DNA of 64,000 nucleotides from Mytilus edulis (Eukaryota), in NCBI RefSeq assembly GCF_963676685.1, contig NC_092346.1:101618001-101682000 (forward strand), read 5' to 3'. Position numbers and translations under genes: made by a program. Shown piece after piece: positions 11,988 to 26,300 of this stretch (its first letter is position 1; each line of letters begins with the position of its first letter). The notes beneath the pieces were generated by a model. It searched no databases and was not told the origin of the DNA. It saw only the letters and a program-made list of their open reading frames with translations.

Positions 11988-13139
11988 TATTTGCCATTCA
12001 TTATAAATAAATTTCTATCAAAAATAAGACTCAAAGAACTTTTTATATTATATATTAACAATAACAACGTACACACTTGATGGCGTATGAATACACAACG
12101 CCAGAGTGGGCGTGTCGCCATCAAAATTGACAACATTGAAAATAAAACTAATAATTTTAACCAATCAGAAGACAGTAAATACACCAAATTTATTTATTTA
12201 CAAATATCGAGCACCACAGTATCTGCGTTATCGATTTCCACTAAAGCTAAAAAAGTTTCAACAAAAATACCGAACTTCAACTCTAGACTTTATCAGCCAA
12301 CAAAACTAAAGAAAAACAATTGTAATATTCATAACTTGGTACAGGCATTTTCGGGAGAAAATAAAGCCGAACATAAATTTTGGTGTAGAAGATAAAAGAT
12401 GCTGCTGAAATCGACAATACAAACATTACCAGTAAGATACGTATAAGATATAACAAAATAGACCAACATTTTCTAAAGCTTTTTACAGAGTGACGCACAG
12501 AATGTTGCCTATTCATAAGATTTGCCAAGACGGAGTCGGGAAAACAGGATAGAAAAAAATCTAGGTGCCAAAAGGAAGCTTTCTAAGGTAGGCACAGCTG
12601 CCGCACGCCCGAGAAGAAAAATCTGAAACAACAATCCTAATAGATTTCACTAAGTCTCCTTGAAAAGACATCCGAAATGGGCAATGTTTGTTTTTATTTT
12701 AGCAAACAGTTGAAGCTTGGACTGAGTCGGGTGTGTCTATTCTGTGTTGGTCTTTGCATTATGTATTCGTGTTTGTTTTCTGTAATGAGTTAATATACTT
12801 CAGTTTCATTATGTATATCTGTTATATTCATTTGATAAAATTTACTGTTTGCAATAGCATTAATTAATTGTTCTAAATAAAAAGGATGTTCTTATCCCAA
12901 ACATAAAAACATAGCCGTATTTGACACAGCCTTTTTCAACTTTTGATCTTCAGTGCTGTACAACTTTGTACTTTTTTTCGCTTTCGATCTTTTATATCTG
13001 GGCGTCACTGGTGAGTATTGTGTGGAAGAGGCGCGTTTTTGACGTATTGAATTTTAAACCTGATGCTTTTTGTTATTCATTAATCATGTGTTTCTTTGTC
13101 TAATACGTTCTCCTATTTATTTGTATTGTAGTCCTGTAA

Positions 13140-13603
13140 TATTATGTTGTCATTTCAATGTTATATTTAACATTGTCATTAAAGTGCGAGGTTTGGCATG
13201 CCACAAAACCAGGTTCTACCCACCATTTTTCCTTTAAAAATGTCCTGTACCAAGTCAGGAATATGGCCATTGTTATATTATTGTTCGTTTCTGTGTGTCA
13301 TTTTAACGTTGCGTCGTTTGTTTTCTCTTATTTTTGAGTGTAATTTCACATTGCGATAAGACGTGTCACGGTACTTGTCTATACCAAATTCATGTATTTG
13401 GTTTTGATGTTATATTTGTTATTCTCGTGGGATTTTTGTCTGATGCTTCGTTTCTGTGTGTGTTACATTTTAGTGTTGTGTCGTTGTTCTCCTCTTATAT
13501 ATTTTAATGCGTTTCCCTCGGTTTTAGTTTGTTACCCCGATTTTGTTTTTTGTCCATGGATTTATGAGTTTTGAACAGCGGTATACTACTGTTGCCTTTA
13601 TTT
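13140..13603. repeat. Dispersed repeat family ending ...GAACAGCGGTATACTACTGTTGCCTTTATTT
   Basis: Near-identical copy at 31537-32020; fragments at 20680-20985, 25780-25920, 38138-38230 and 41825-41910. Confidence 0.8.
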
Positions 13604-14134
13604 AGTAAACATGACAGGGGTGAGAAGCGGATGATACTGTCACACATTATTTTGTTTGACGTATTATTCAATTATTCGTAACTGGCAAAGGGTTATCGAA
13701 ACTGACAATTACATCCGGGTGGATTTTCGCTAATTAGCACGAGCACATATATTTGAGCTTTTTATTTATTTCTATTTCTATTCTAAAAGAGGGGCGAAAG
13801 ATACACCAGAGAGAGCGGAAGATACCAGAGTTACTCATAAATCGAAAAAAAAATTACAACGCCATGGCTAAAAGCATAAAATACTAAAGACTGAGCAACA
13901 CGAACCCCATCATAATTTGGGGGGGGGGGGGGTCTACAATGGACAATGTTCACTGTACTTAGTGGTTGCATAACACTTTGTCTGTTGCACAAGTTTCCTC
14001 GTGTATATCGGAAGTGCAGTGACAAAGCGTTCAAAGTTCTATCAAAATGTACTCTTATATCAATTGTACACTAAATCGATTTTTTTATTTTCGAATAGGG
14101 CATGCCTCACAAAGTATCATTTTATTTAACTAAC

Positions 14135-14141
14135 TATAAAA
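14135..14141 (+). promoter_or_regulatory. Candidate TATA box of the astacin gene
   Basis: TATAAAA ~150 nt upstream of the ATG; AT-rich background weakens the call. Confidence 0.35.
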
Positions 14142-14286
14142 GACTTGAACTTAACTACATCCGAGATACTTGTGACACTTATTAGCATTGTTTCCGGTAG
14201 AAAAGATGTCAGTCACTCCACCTACCATAATATATCCATAATAAAGTCCAGTCTGGATATTAAAGTGCTATAGTTCTACCAGTAAG

Positions 14287-14325
14287 ATGAAGGATTTTAT
14301 AGTTTTCATGTTTTCGCTATTGACA
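14287..14325 (+). CDS. Astacin-ShKT exon 1 (signal peptide)
   Basis: MKDFIVFMFSLLT|gtaagt; in phase with exon 2. Confidence 0.7.
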
Positions 14326-17300
14326 GTAAGTATAGATACATCGGTTAGGTACAGATAAATCAGCCATAATTGAACAATTAATTTCAGAACTTGAGAATGG
14401 CATATTCTTTTCTCCAAATTCAATAAACTCTAAATGATCTTAATAATATTCTTGGTTTACAACAGTATACACATGTATGTTTCGGATTTCTGATCTTATT
14501 CTTGGTTTACAACTACATATCCATGTATGATTCGGTTTCTGTCAGGTTCATGTTTGTATACTGAGGTCTGATTTAGTCCAGATATAATTAAGCCTTTCTT
14601 AACATAAAGGAGTCAAAAAGTAAACTTACATGACTTTATTTGTAGATAGTTATATATGCTATTTTTTCAAATAAATGCATATATTATGCATGCACGGGCC
14701 TTTCATTTAAGAATCATTTGATATATTTAGATATAAAAAGAACCAGATAAGTCTTTCCTAAACATATACATCATACGACAACATTTAATCAAATACTAGA
14801 TTTACAGCCCTTTTTTGTTGTTGTACCCACAGGTGGCACAGTAGTTCAGGTTTTTTTTTTTAAATAATAGAAATCTGCAAAAGAACATAAGAAGTATATA
14901 TAGAGAGAAATATGTACATATCATCCAATTAAAGTTATGATTGAAACACTTATTCTAAGTTACAAGTTGGTTATAGAGGTTCTAAGTGTTTTTGTTTCTA
15001 TGAATATTATTGTAAGCACATGTCTTGTTAATTTGTCTACGGTGCGAAAGTTTTTACTACATCAACATTTATATGCTTGTAAGATAACGGAGAAAATGGT
15101 GTTTCATTTTCGAATCTCCATTTTTTTTTAAATTCCAAGAATAATTAAAGTAAAGACAAATGCTGTTCCAAAGGCATACACATGGTTAATTCAAAGGAAA
15201 GTTTATGTAACTAATCGTCTAACACGAAAGGAAATGCATATTGATTGTTCTAAAATGTCCACAAAAATAGAGTGCTGAGCGACTGTCATACACGTGTGAG
15301 GTTTACAACAATGTAACTTGTTAACAAAAACAGAGTGCTGAGCGACTGTCATACACGTAGGAGGTTTAGCTACAATGTAGCTAGTTAAAAAAAATCAGGT
15401 TTAATCGTAAGGACCCGTACCAAGTCAGGAACATGACAATTTTTCGTTTGATGTGTTTGAGCTTTTGAGTTTGCCATTTGAGAAGGGCCTTTCTGTTTTG
15501 AATTTTCCTTGGAGTTGGACATTTTTGTAATTTCACTTTTTGCATTTCCTTCAATTGACATTTCATTTGAGCCAAACATTTATTTTTATTTACACCACAA
15601 AACGTATTTCATTGCGGCCTCAACTTTATATAAAGTCTTTCATATGCAACAACAATTCGAGAAAGTTATATATCCGAGTCATTAGTGGTGAATATACGAG
15701 AGATATCAAAATTGGGAAAGTAATTTATTTCTTTTAATAACTATTATTTATTTTTTGGAGGCTATTTCAAAATGGCCGCCCAGAGCAGCCATTTTGATTT
15801 TCTGAATTGGGTCCATAGCTATAGGTGTCAGACCACCAAAATTTCCTACTTTGACACAAAATAGTGCTTTTGATGTCATTGTTTACTTAAACTAACCAAC
15901 AAATTTGCAGAAATGAAACTTTTGGTGAAAGGGAAATATATTTAGACCATTTTGAGCCAAAATTCACTTGTCTATGAGTTTGCATTAAAAATTCATGATT
16001 AATGCGCTACATAGTACACTAATTTAAGATTTCCAGAAAACCGGGAGTTATTTTGGTAGTACCTGTCTTTTCAAAATCAGAAATTTGTTACAAGACTTTA
16101 AACATTGGTTGAAAATTGGCATGCAGGAAGGTGATACATGTACCATTCGGGATATACCTGGTTTCCTTGAAGTTAAACTTAACGTAAAATATTTAGAAAG
16201 CTGTGAAAATTGCAAAATTTGGTTGAACAGATAGGGATTTTTAATTGGTGGTCTGACACCTATAAATGTTACTAATGACCTCAACTAAGACTGCAAAAGT
16301 TGATGCTTTTACCACAATCCGAACAATTGTTTCAGAAATCGACTGGACTAATGGGATAAATGATAGTTATACAAATCCTTGGCTAAATTAATAATTAAAT
16401 ATATATATTTATTTATATTTTTACTTGTATCAATATCTTTCATTCGATAGAATTATATGTTCAGACGCTAAAAGAAGGGAAACATGTTTGTCCCTATATC
16501 TGTGTAGACAGTGTTTCTTCTTTGCATCTTATAATAAAATAAGTTATATTCTTCAATACACTGGATAATCAGCACGTTGTGTACTGTGGTGTTGCCGAAA
16601 AAACAACCGGTCGTATTTCCGTTTGTCTCGGGTAGAAATATGTCCATCTTGTTAACTCTTAATGTGGACATTGTACAATTTAATGCCCTAGTGACTTTCA
16701 ATTATGTATTGGAAATGAGAACAAGCTCGCTTACATATTCAAGGGTACTCATCATCAATTCATCATTGATACCAGGATTGAAATTTAGCTATTAACGCAA
16801 GACGCGCCTTTCGTCTATAAAAGACAACATTTCTTATACAAGGGTTTTCTACAAAATTTCTCATACGAATATTTGGAATAAAACTTTGGAAATTGAAGTC
16901 TTTTTTTTTTACCTGGAAAATGGCGCAAAATTAGTAATTATTTTTTGGGGCAATGAAATGTAACCTTGTGGTGCAAATGTCGGTAATGAAATACTGTATT
17001 TGTTTTTAAAATTGGCGCATATTCAATGCACCTAGTTGCAAGTAGTTGGTTAAAGAAATTCCAATTAGAAAAGAAATAGATATTCATTATGTGCACTAAC
17101 TCTTACTCTAGCAACGAGTTTAATTTTTTTTATCAGTCTTTCAATTTGAAGAGACAAGTTCAAACTGGAACATGTTATGTTTTGTCAATGCATCAAAACA
17201 ACGGTCAACGTTTTCTGTGTTGTCGAGTGCAGGAGCAGCATCGAGTCAAAACTAATAACACTCAGAACCCTGAATTTTGAAATGAATATTTTCCGACATA

Positions 17301-20300
17301 ATCTCGTCTTTGACTATCTACTGAAACTTTGTGTTCTTTAGTTGCATGCTTATTGACGTATATAGATATAAGAAGATGTGATATGAGTGCCAAAATGAGA
17401 GACATTTCCAATCAAGTCACAATTTTTAAAAGTGAACAATTATAGGTGAAAATACATTCTTTTATTCTTCTATTTATAATAGATTAGCAGCTAAGATAAT
17501 CTCCCACTTAGTATTCTGTATGGTGACGTCATTAAATCTATGCTTATACCTTTACATTTATATCTTTATTGGATTCTGACGTTTATGGTTACACTTACAA
17601 TTCTTTTAATAGTTCATGTCAGTCAATTCAAACAAAGGTATTAGGAAACTTTCATCAAGTGAAGTAAATAATTGAAAATATGACGTCTTGCTCAACGGAA
17701 ATAACCACAATGCTAATTGTATTGACACTTATATTCCTTGTATATACATGTAATATAATTTTCTAACATAATTGATTTATGCAATTTTTATGAACACTTG
17801 TAAGAATATTTCAATTCTTGGAGAAGTAGTCTTAAGACTATTTCCGGTATGTGAGTGTTGCATATATTTAGGAAATGTAGTCTATACTCTGACAGTCTCC
17901 ACTTCTATAAGAGAAACGTAAAGAAATTGCAAATCACATGGAAAGGTTACGTACTCTTATTATATACATCATAAAGGAATAAACACAATTTTGATTATTC
18001 AAAAATGTTAAAATACTTGATCTATAGGTTTCTGTCTTTTGGAATTCCTGTAATGGACAGTCAATGGCAGAATTAAGGAAAGCCAATATTACTGGTGTCA
18101 GACCTACAGATATAAACAGCCCAGAAGCTCACACAGGACTCAGCATAGACCAAATCATTCTTAGAGCAATGGGCGGCGGAATTGAAGGTAAAGTCCAAAT
18201 TCACAACATAATCTAATACATGTAACTCCACTTTCAAATATGTGTAAGAAATAAAAATATCATGATAAGGTATGAAAGTTGGTTTACTTTATGAACTGTT
18301 CATTGCTGTTGGTAATGCTTGGATGTCACCATGGAAGTATTATATTGACAATATTAAACTTCCATGGTGTAACTTCAACAGCAACAATTTCAACGGTCGT
18401 GTGAATATAGATAACACAGTCGGTAAATAAGTAGGAATAGTTTCGTTTTTAATGTTGATTACAAGAATAATAAAGATGCATAAAAGAACTTGTATAATGA
18501 AAGACAAAGGCATAAGTAAAAGCAAAGCAACAATAAACTTTAATACAGTATTACTGTTTGCTCGGGGTTACTGTAAACTAGACCAAAGTACTTAACCTGC
18601 TGAAATGAAACCTAAAATCAGCGGCTGCACATCATATTTCATTTATTGTTAATCATACAAATGTTTTGCATAATGGCTCACACAAATTTACAGAACAAAA
18701 TATTTGTGTAAGCTATATAAATTATAACAAGCATACCTAATTTCCTTAATTGCTCTGTATGTAGCTGAATTTTATTAAGTATATGGTGGTCTGGACTGGC
18801 ATGAACCAAAAGTGTATACATTACTCTAAGCTGAAATTGCACAAAACAAACAACTGGTGCAAGGTTTTTCAGTCAATACGTTCATATTTGAATCAATCTA
18901 CAAGCGAACAACTCTTTACAACATGGGTTTATTGTAAGTTTACCTTAAAATGAACAGAAAAGGAAACAAACCAAAGGGATCCTAAGTTCAACGAAAGGGA
19001 ACATAGCAAGGCGAAATATTTATAAAAGTTGTATAATCCGATCAAAAAGGGTATTTGCATACGCCCTCTATCATCTATGCATCTATGCACCAACATGAAT
19101 CCACCCCACCATTGCCTAACTCTGAATGACTCAACTTAACTTGATTTCTTCCAATAGTTGCAGCACAAAGTATGGTATCCCCTGATGGAATGATCTTAGC
19201 GGAACTAGACATGCTGTTGACAGAGGAACAATTTAGTACTTTATATGAGCCACCAGAATAGTAAGTTCACTTTTAACTGGTCATTATCCACTTAGAAATA
19301 TTTTACTTTATATGAGCCACCAGAACAATAAGTCAACTTTCAACTACTCATTAATTAGAGGTACACGACTTCATATGATCCTGTGGAAAAGTATGTTTAC
19401 ATTTAACTTGACACAGATATTTTGTGAGGAGAAATAAAGAACTGAAGAAGGCCAATGGCCGAAACGTCTCAAAAAATTGGTTTATTGATACAATTACAGA
19501 AAATTTGGACAAATGTCAATGCCACCGAGACTATGTCTCAACAACACATTCTTTCCATTACGACTGATTATGCAAATGGTAAGGTAAATATTTCTTCAAC
19601 TTTCTCAATGAGTTTTGACATAAAACTCAATTGTAACGGTAAACCATTCCTTTTTTTTTTTTAATTTTGCTTGAATCATGAAGTCGAAATACTAACCCTT
19701 TACGTGTTTTTAAAACGGTAATCAAAAAGTCATATCTGGAACCAAATCTTTTTTTTTATATTTTGTTATATAAAAGCATTAGTTTTATTTCCTAGTGGTG
19801 ACCTTCGTGAGATGCCTTTCTTTGAACACAGAAGAAAGAGAAGGAAAGCCGTAAGACAATTAGACCTGAGGTGGGCGGAAGGCGTTATGCCTTATTATTT
19901 TGCTGATGGTCATTTTTGTAAGTACTTAATAGATTCTAGTATCAGTGAATCTTTTGTCTACAGTAGAGGTTAAATATACATGTAATGAATTTAACATTTC
20001 AGTTTTAAAACATGTTACATTTGACATTATATAAAATGAGTATGACATTCCTTGATTATGATTAAATTCATTTCATAAAATTGAATTCACAGAAATATTA
20101 GAAATATGAATAAATATAAGTATGCATATAAACATAAATCTATTGTATTGTATTACTAATCCATATACTATTTCATTCCAGCGGACAAAGAGAAATACCT
20201 AATCAAAGTAGCAATGCGTGAGTGGGAAAAATACTCTTGTGTTAAGTTTAGGGAGAAAACCCGTAGCGACCGGAACTATGTTAGATTTCAGAATGGAATG

Positions 20301-23300
20301 GGGTAGGTATCTATCCGTTGTGGACCTAGCACTACATATTTTGCATTTATGTTAATTTTAAAAAAGCATGTTGCAGTCTACCATTGAAGCAGAAATTGCG
20401 TTTCATCTCGGTGAAAACATTGATCTTTAATTGTAAGCGAGGTTCGGGCAGATTACCCTCTGGTTTTCTGTGTAACGTTGTTCAGACATTTATTTGTATT
20501 TGCATTTGTCCTTTTGATATTGTTTTTTTTTGTTAACTTACGATGCTTCATTAACTTTATAATGTTCTAACCTTTTCATTGACCGGTACAATGCTATATT
20601 CAGAATATAAATGGGTAAGTATAGTATATCTTTACTGATAAACGCTTGGAAAATTTCAGACAAATATCCATACCATAAAGACATCAGTAGTTACCGCTGT
20701 TCAAAGGTAATAACCTGATTAAGAGAAAACAAATTCGGGTTTCAAACTAAGACCGAGGGAAACATATCAACTATAAGAGTAAAAAAACACAACAACAGAA
20801 AAAGTGCAGCACTCGCCAATGCAACATACATAGAAACGAACTTTAGATAACAACTGCCATATTCCTGACCTGTTAAGAAAAAATGGTGCGTTGAACCTGG
20901 TTTTATTGCTAGCCTAAACTCTCGCTTTCATGACAATGTTACAAATACCGCTACAATGACAACATTACGTGACAGGAAAAAATAACTTGGGCTTTATCAA
21001 ATACCAAAAATGGTAAGATATTTTCTAGCGATCTTAGCTTTGTTAGATATCAGAAGGGAATGTTAACATATTCACACAACTAGCGACCATAGTTTTGTTA
21101 AATATAAAAAGAGAATGGTCAGATATTCATACAATTAGCGACAAGAGCTTTGTAAGATATCAGAAGGGAACTGTCAGATTTTTATACAACTAGCGATCAG
21201 TGCTGAGTTAGATATAAGAAGGGAATGGTCAGATATTGATACAACTAGCGATCAGTGCTGAGTTAGATATAAGAAGGGAATGGTCAGATATTGATACAAC
21301 TAGCGATCAGTGCTTTGTTGGATATCAGAAAGGAATGGTCAGATATTGATACAACTAGCAACCAGTGCTTTGTTGGATATCAGAAAGGAATGGTCAGATA
21401 TTGATACAACTAGCGATCAGTGCTGAGTTGGATATAAGAAAGGAATAGTCAGATATAGATACAACTAGCGATCAGTGCTGAGTTGGATATAAGAAGGAGT
21501 TGGTCAGATATTCATACAACTAGCGACCAGTGCTTTATTGGATATAAGAAGGGAATGGTCAGATATTGATACAACTAGCGATCAGTGCTGAGTTGGATAT
21601 AAGAAGGGAATGGTCAGATATTGATACAACTAGCGATCAGAGCTGTGCGAGGTATCAGAAAGGAATGGTCAGATATTGATACAACTAGCGATCAATGCTG
21701 AGTTGGATATAAGAAGTGAATGGTCAGATATTGATACAACTAGCGATCAGTGCTGAGTTGGATATAAGAAGGGAATAGTCAGATATTGATACAACTAGCG
21801 ATCAGTGCTGAGTTGGATATAAGAAGGGAATGGTCAGATACTCATACAACTAGTAATCAGTGCTGAGTTGGATATAAGAAGGGAATGGTCAGATATTGAT
21901 CCAACTAGCGATCAGAGTTGTGTGAGGTATAAGAAGGGAATGGTCGGATATTGATACAACTAGCGATCAGTGCTGAGTTGGATATAAGAAGGGAATGGTC
22001 AGATATTGATACAACTAGCGATCAGAGCTGTGTGAGGTATCAGAAAGGAATGGTCAGATATTGATACAACTAGCGATCAGTGCTGAGTTGGATATAAGAA
22101 GGGAATGGTCAGATATTGATACAACTAGCGATCAGTGCTTTGTTGGATATAAGAAGGGAATGGTCAAATATTCATACAACTAGCGATCAGAACTGTGTGA
22201 GGTATCAGATGGGAATGGTCAGATATTCACAAAACTGGCAACTAGAGCTTTGTTAGATATCAGAAGGGACTGGTCAGATATTCATACAACGTGTGACTGT
22301 AGTACCAGGATCGAATTGATAGATAAGCATATACTTTATGACTGGAGCTATATGCAAATAAGATTTCAGATGCTCGTGGTGTGTATTTATTAAAGATGTG
22401 ATAGCAAGCCGTTTGGTTTATGCAGTTTACTTAGATTTGTACTCTAATTGCATAAAAATAACATAGTGGAGTTTTCTATTTTATAAATATATAATTAAAG
22501 AAGAAGAGAGGAAGAATGATAAGACACGGTCAGCTTATTTCATTTATATATTTGTACATAACTTGTCAAGTTAGAATAGTTTTATTTTAACTTCAGATGT
22601 AATTCTCAGCTTGGAATGGTTGGCGGAATGCAAGTTCTCAATCTTGACGTTAATGGGTGCAGATGGGTATTTATGAGAGAGAACAATTCTAATAAAAGTT
22701 AAATGTTTTGCTTGCCTTTCTGATTTTTACTGAGTTGTGTACATTAAAAAGAAAGGATAATAGAACATTTAATTTAAATTAGATTTTAAAAACAGCATGT
22801 TATCCGTTAAAATAGTTATTTTTGAGGATTATTGTGTATCCCATATTCTTTTAATATGTTTTTGGTGGTGTGCTTGGTTTATATGACATTTTGTGCTTCT
22901 TTGTTATTTATTTGTTTGTTTTTATAGTGATTCAGATTATAACACAATGTTGACTGCTGTATCCCTATTTTTGACATTTTTGCCTATTGTGTCTGTTGTT
23001 TGTTTGTTTTGTTCACAAATCGTTGTGAATACTATGGAACTTGATGCGACTGTCATACAAGTGAGAGGTTTAGCTAGCTTTCAAACCAGGTTAAATCCAC
23101 CAATATCTACATAAGCATGTACCAAGTCAGGAATATAACAATTGTTATCCATTCGTTTGATGTGTTTGAGCTTTAGATTTTGCCATTTGATTAGGGACTT
23201 TCCTTTTTAAATTTTCCTCCGAGTTCAGTGTTTTCGTGATTTTACTTTTTTCTTTTATTTATATGGTTATTTTATATCAAGTTCTTGTTCATGCCTTTAA

Positions 23301-26300
23301 AAAGCACTTAAAAAGATTAAAAATTGAGGAAGCAAAGTGAATTAATGGATCCAATTTTTTTCTATTCCCCAACATAAGACATTTTCTTATTGTCTATACA
23401 CATATGAATACGATTATGGTATAATTCGATATCTAATTAAAAAAGTACAAACATTTTGAACTTTTTTGTATGATACATTTTGAACTTCACCCATCACTAG
23501 TGAACCCATTTTGATCTTCAAAGACTGATCAATAATTTTTCAAATTATTTACAGTCTTTCAGTAAGTTGTGAGATTTAGTCACTGCGATTAATTTAGTCC
23601 TGTTCAGACAAATAACCTGAAGTCATTAAGATCTGTTCAATAGCTGTTATTACCTGTACACACCAACAGTACTGTATTGACCGAAAGCAAAAAACTGAAC
23701 ATGACTGAATAATTTAATGTTCAAGCTTTTCATGTGATGATAAGATGAAAATGCCCGTTTCAGACTCATTGCTATTGCATGCATACTTTTTAAGATTGTT
23801 CGAATCGGCGTGTCCATACTCAAGTGTGATTAAAAGTCGAACATCGTTTATCATCGGTCAAATTTTATAGTGATCCAATATATAAACCTGAGTAATTGAG
23901 GTATAGCAAACCAAGCTATAGTCCACATTAAAGACTATGTATTATATGACCTGAAATTATCAGACAATACATCTGGCTCTTTGAGAAAGATACCTGAAAT
24001 TTTCAGACAATATACCCGACTAATTTAGAAAAAAATATCAAAGTGAGGCAGCAGTCAACAAATAAGTTTCCTCCCTGATAATAAATCAGAAGTTAAATAG
24101 GGGGAATGAAAAATAATAATTCGAAGAAGGATATACTATATTCAAATTAAAAAGACAAAAAGACGATTAAAGGTCCATAAAAATTTCTCAGAAAAGTAAA
24201 ACAATCAGCAACACGAATCAAATAAAAACCGAAGAACAATACGTATGCTCTATATAAGTAGCTATTCCAGGTTCACCTCTGTCTGATCCGTTATTTAACT
24301 CATTTTGAAAACCCTTTAACTATATGTGGTGATCACGATACTAGACCAAAGAAACGTTTGCTGTATAACTGAATACATAAATAATTTTGAATAGAATCGG
24401 TAAATGTACTGAAAAAAATTTCCATCGAGAAAAATAAAATGTTCAGATTTCTAGACCATGGAAACTAAATGAAATATAGAACAGCATACATTGATCATTT
24501 TCGTCTGAACATAACAAACAAGCCTACATACTTACATTTGGGATATTTGAATGAAATTAAAGCACATCTGATACTGTTTATCTATTTACAGAAAGGATTA
24601 TATCTGCATGAAATTGGACATGCGTTAGGTCTGGTACACGAGCACCAGCTTCCAAACAGAGATGAATATATAGAAATTATGTACTCCAATGTCGAACCGA
24701 GTATGCGTATCTGGTTTAATAAATATTCGGGACAAGAAGTCAACCAATATGATGTCACTTATGAATATTCTTCAGTTATGCATTATGGGATTACGGTAAT
24801 AATCTTATTCTTATATCAGGCAAAGTCTGAATTTTATCACTACTTATAATTATATAACAAAATATTTTATAATAAAACGGTGGATTTCCGTATTTAAAGC
24901 ATCAAGGTAAATGGTAAATACACTAATCTGGCGTGCACATTCTGTATATGCCTGGCCAAAGTCAGGAGCCAGTAATTCACCGTTTATCGTTAGTTGCTGT
25001 ATGTCATATTTGTTTATCATTCATTGCTTTGTACATAAATATGGCCGTTAGTTTTCTCGTTTAAAATATTCCACATTTGTTATTTCGATCCCTTTATTAG
25101 CTGACTATGCGATATGGGTTGTGCTCAATGTCGTATGGTGATCTTTAAATGGTAACTTCTGTTATTTTGTCTCTGGTGGTGAGTTGTTTCCTTGGCAATC
25201 ATACCGCATCTTCTAATTTTTATACTCAAAGTACATCGAATTAAGATAGCACCGTCTTATAAACCATATATTGAAAAAAAAATCCAGTAAAAATAACGTT
25301 GACGTAAAGACATATCTTCGCAAATGTAATTAACATTGTAGCAGAGACATTCATCATTTCAAGCTAGTACAGTAGTCAATTTTAATCGCTATCTATGTCT
25401 AGATTATACATAAATTGATGCCATTGCTAGTATTATTATTTCCTATATTTTCATGTAATATTTTGTTATAAGAGATACAATTTATGTGATACTGCTGAAA
25501 ATTTGAGAAATCAGAAATCAGAAATCAGTCATCCTTGATTTTATAAATATTATAACCAACGAATATAACACAACCGTTAAAAAAAGAAAAAAAAGAATGT
25601 GCACATGATGTTGTTGGGCTGTGGTAACTTTTTATATTATTTTCTTTCATGTTTGCTTATGTGCTTTGTCTATATGTAATTTTGTTTTTTCTTTTTGATA
25701 CATTGTTTGTTTTTATGGTGATTAAGATTGTAACACAATGTTGACCGGTGTGTGTTGCATTGTCTTTTGTTTTTTTGTTGCACTTCAGTGTTTCTGTTGT
25801 TTCGTTGTTTTCCTCTTAAAGTTGATGTGTTTCCCTCGGTTTAAGTTTGTAACCCGTATTTGTTTTCTTTGAATTGATTTATGACTTTTGAACAGCGGTA
25901 TACTACTGTTGCCTTTATTTGTACCCCTATTTTTGATATTTTTACTTATTATCTCTGTTTGTTGTCAATTTAATAGAATTTTATGCGACTGTCATACATT
26001 TTCTACAAAAGGACATGTCTGTACCAAGTCACGAATATAACAGTTGTTTTCCATTCGTTTGGTGTATATCAGTTTTTGATTTTGCCATTTGATAAGGGAC
26101 TTTCCGATTTGGATTTTCCTTGGACTTTTGGTATTTTTGTTATTTTACGGTTTATGATAATAGTTATTAAAGGTACAACATGTACTAGGCTTATAATTTA
26201 ATACACCAGACGCGCATTTCGTATACATAAGACTCATCAGTGATGCTCAGATCAAATAGTTATAAAGTCAAACAAGTACAAAGTTGAAGAGCATTGAGGA

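Noticed and set aside
24469-24849. Stand-alone ORFs overlapping astacin exons (also 32623, 33499, 36697, 37543)
   Set aside because: They are exons with intron read-through; true boundaries are given in the features.
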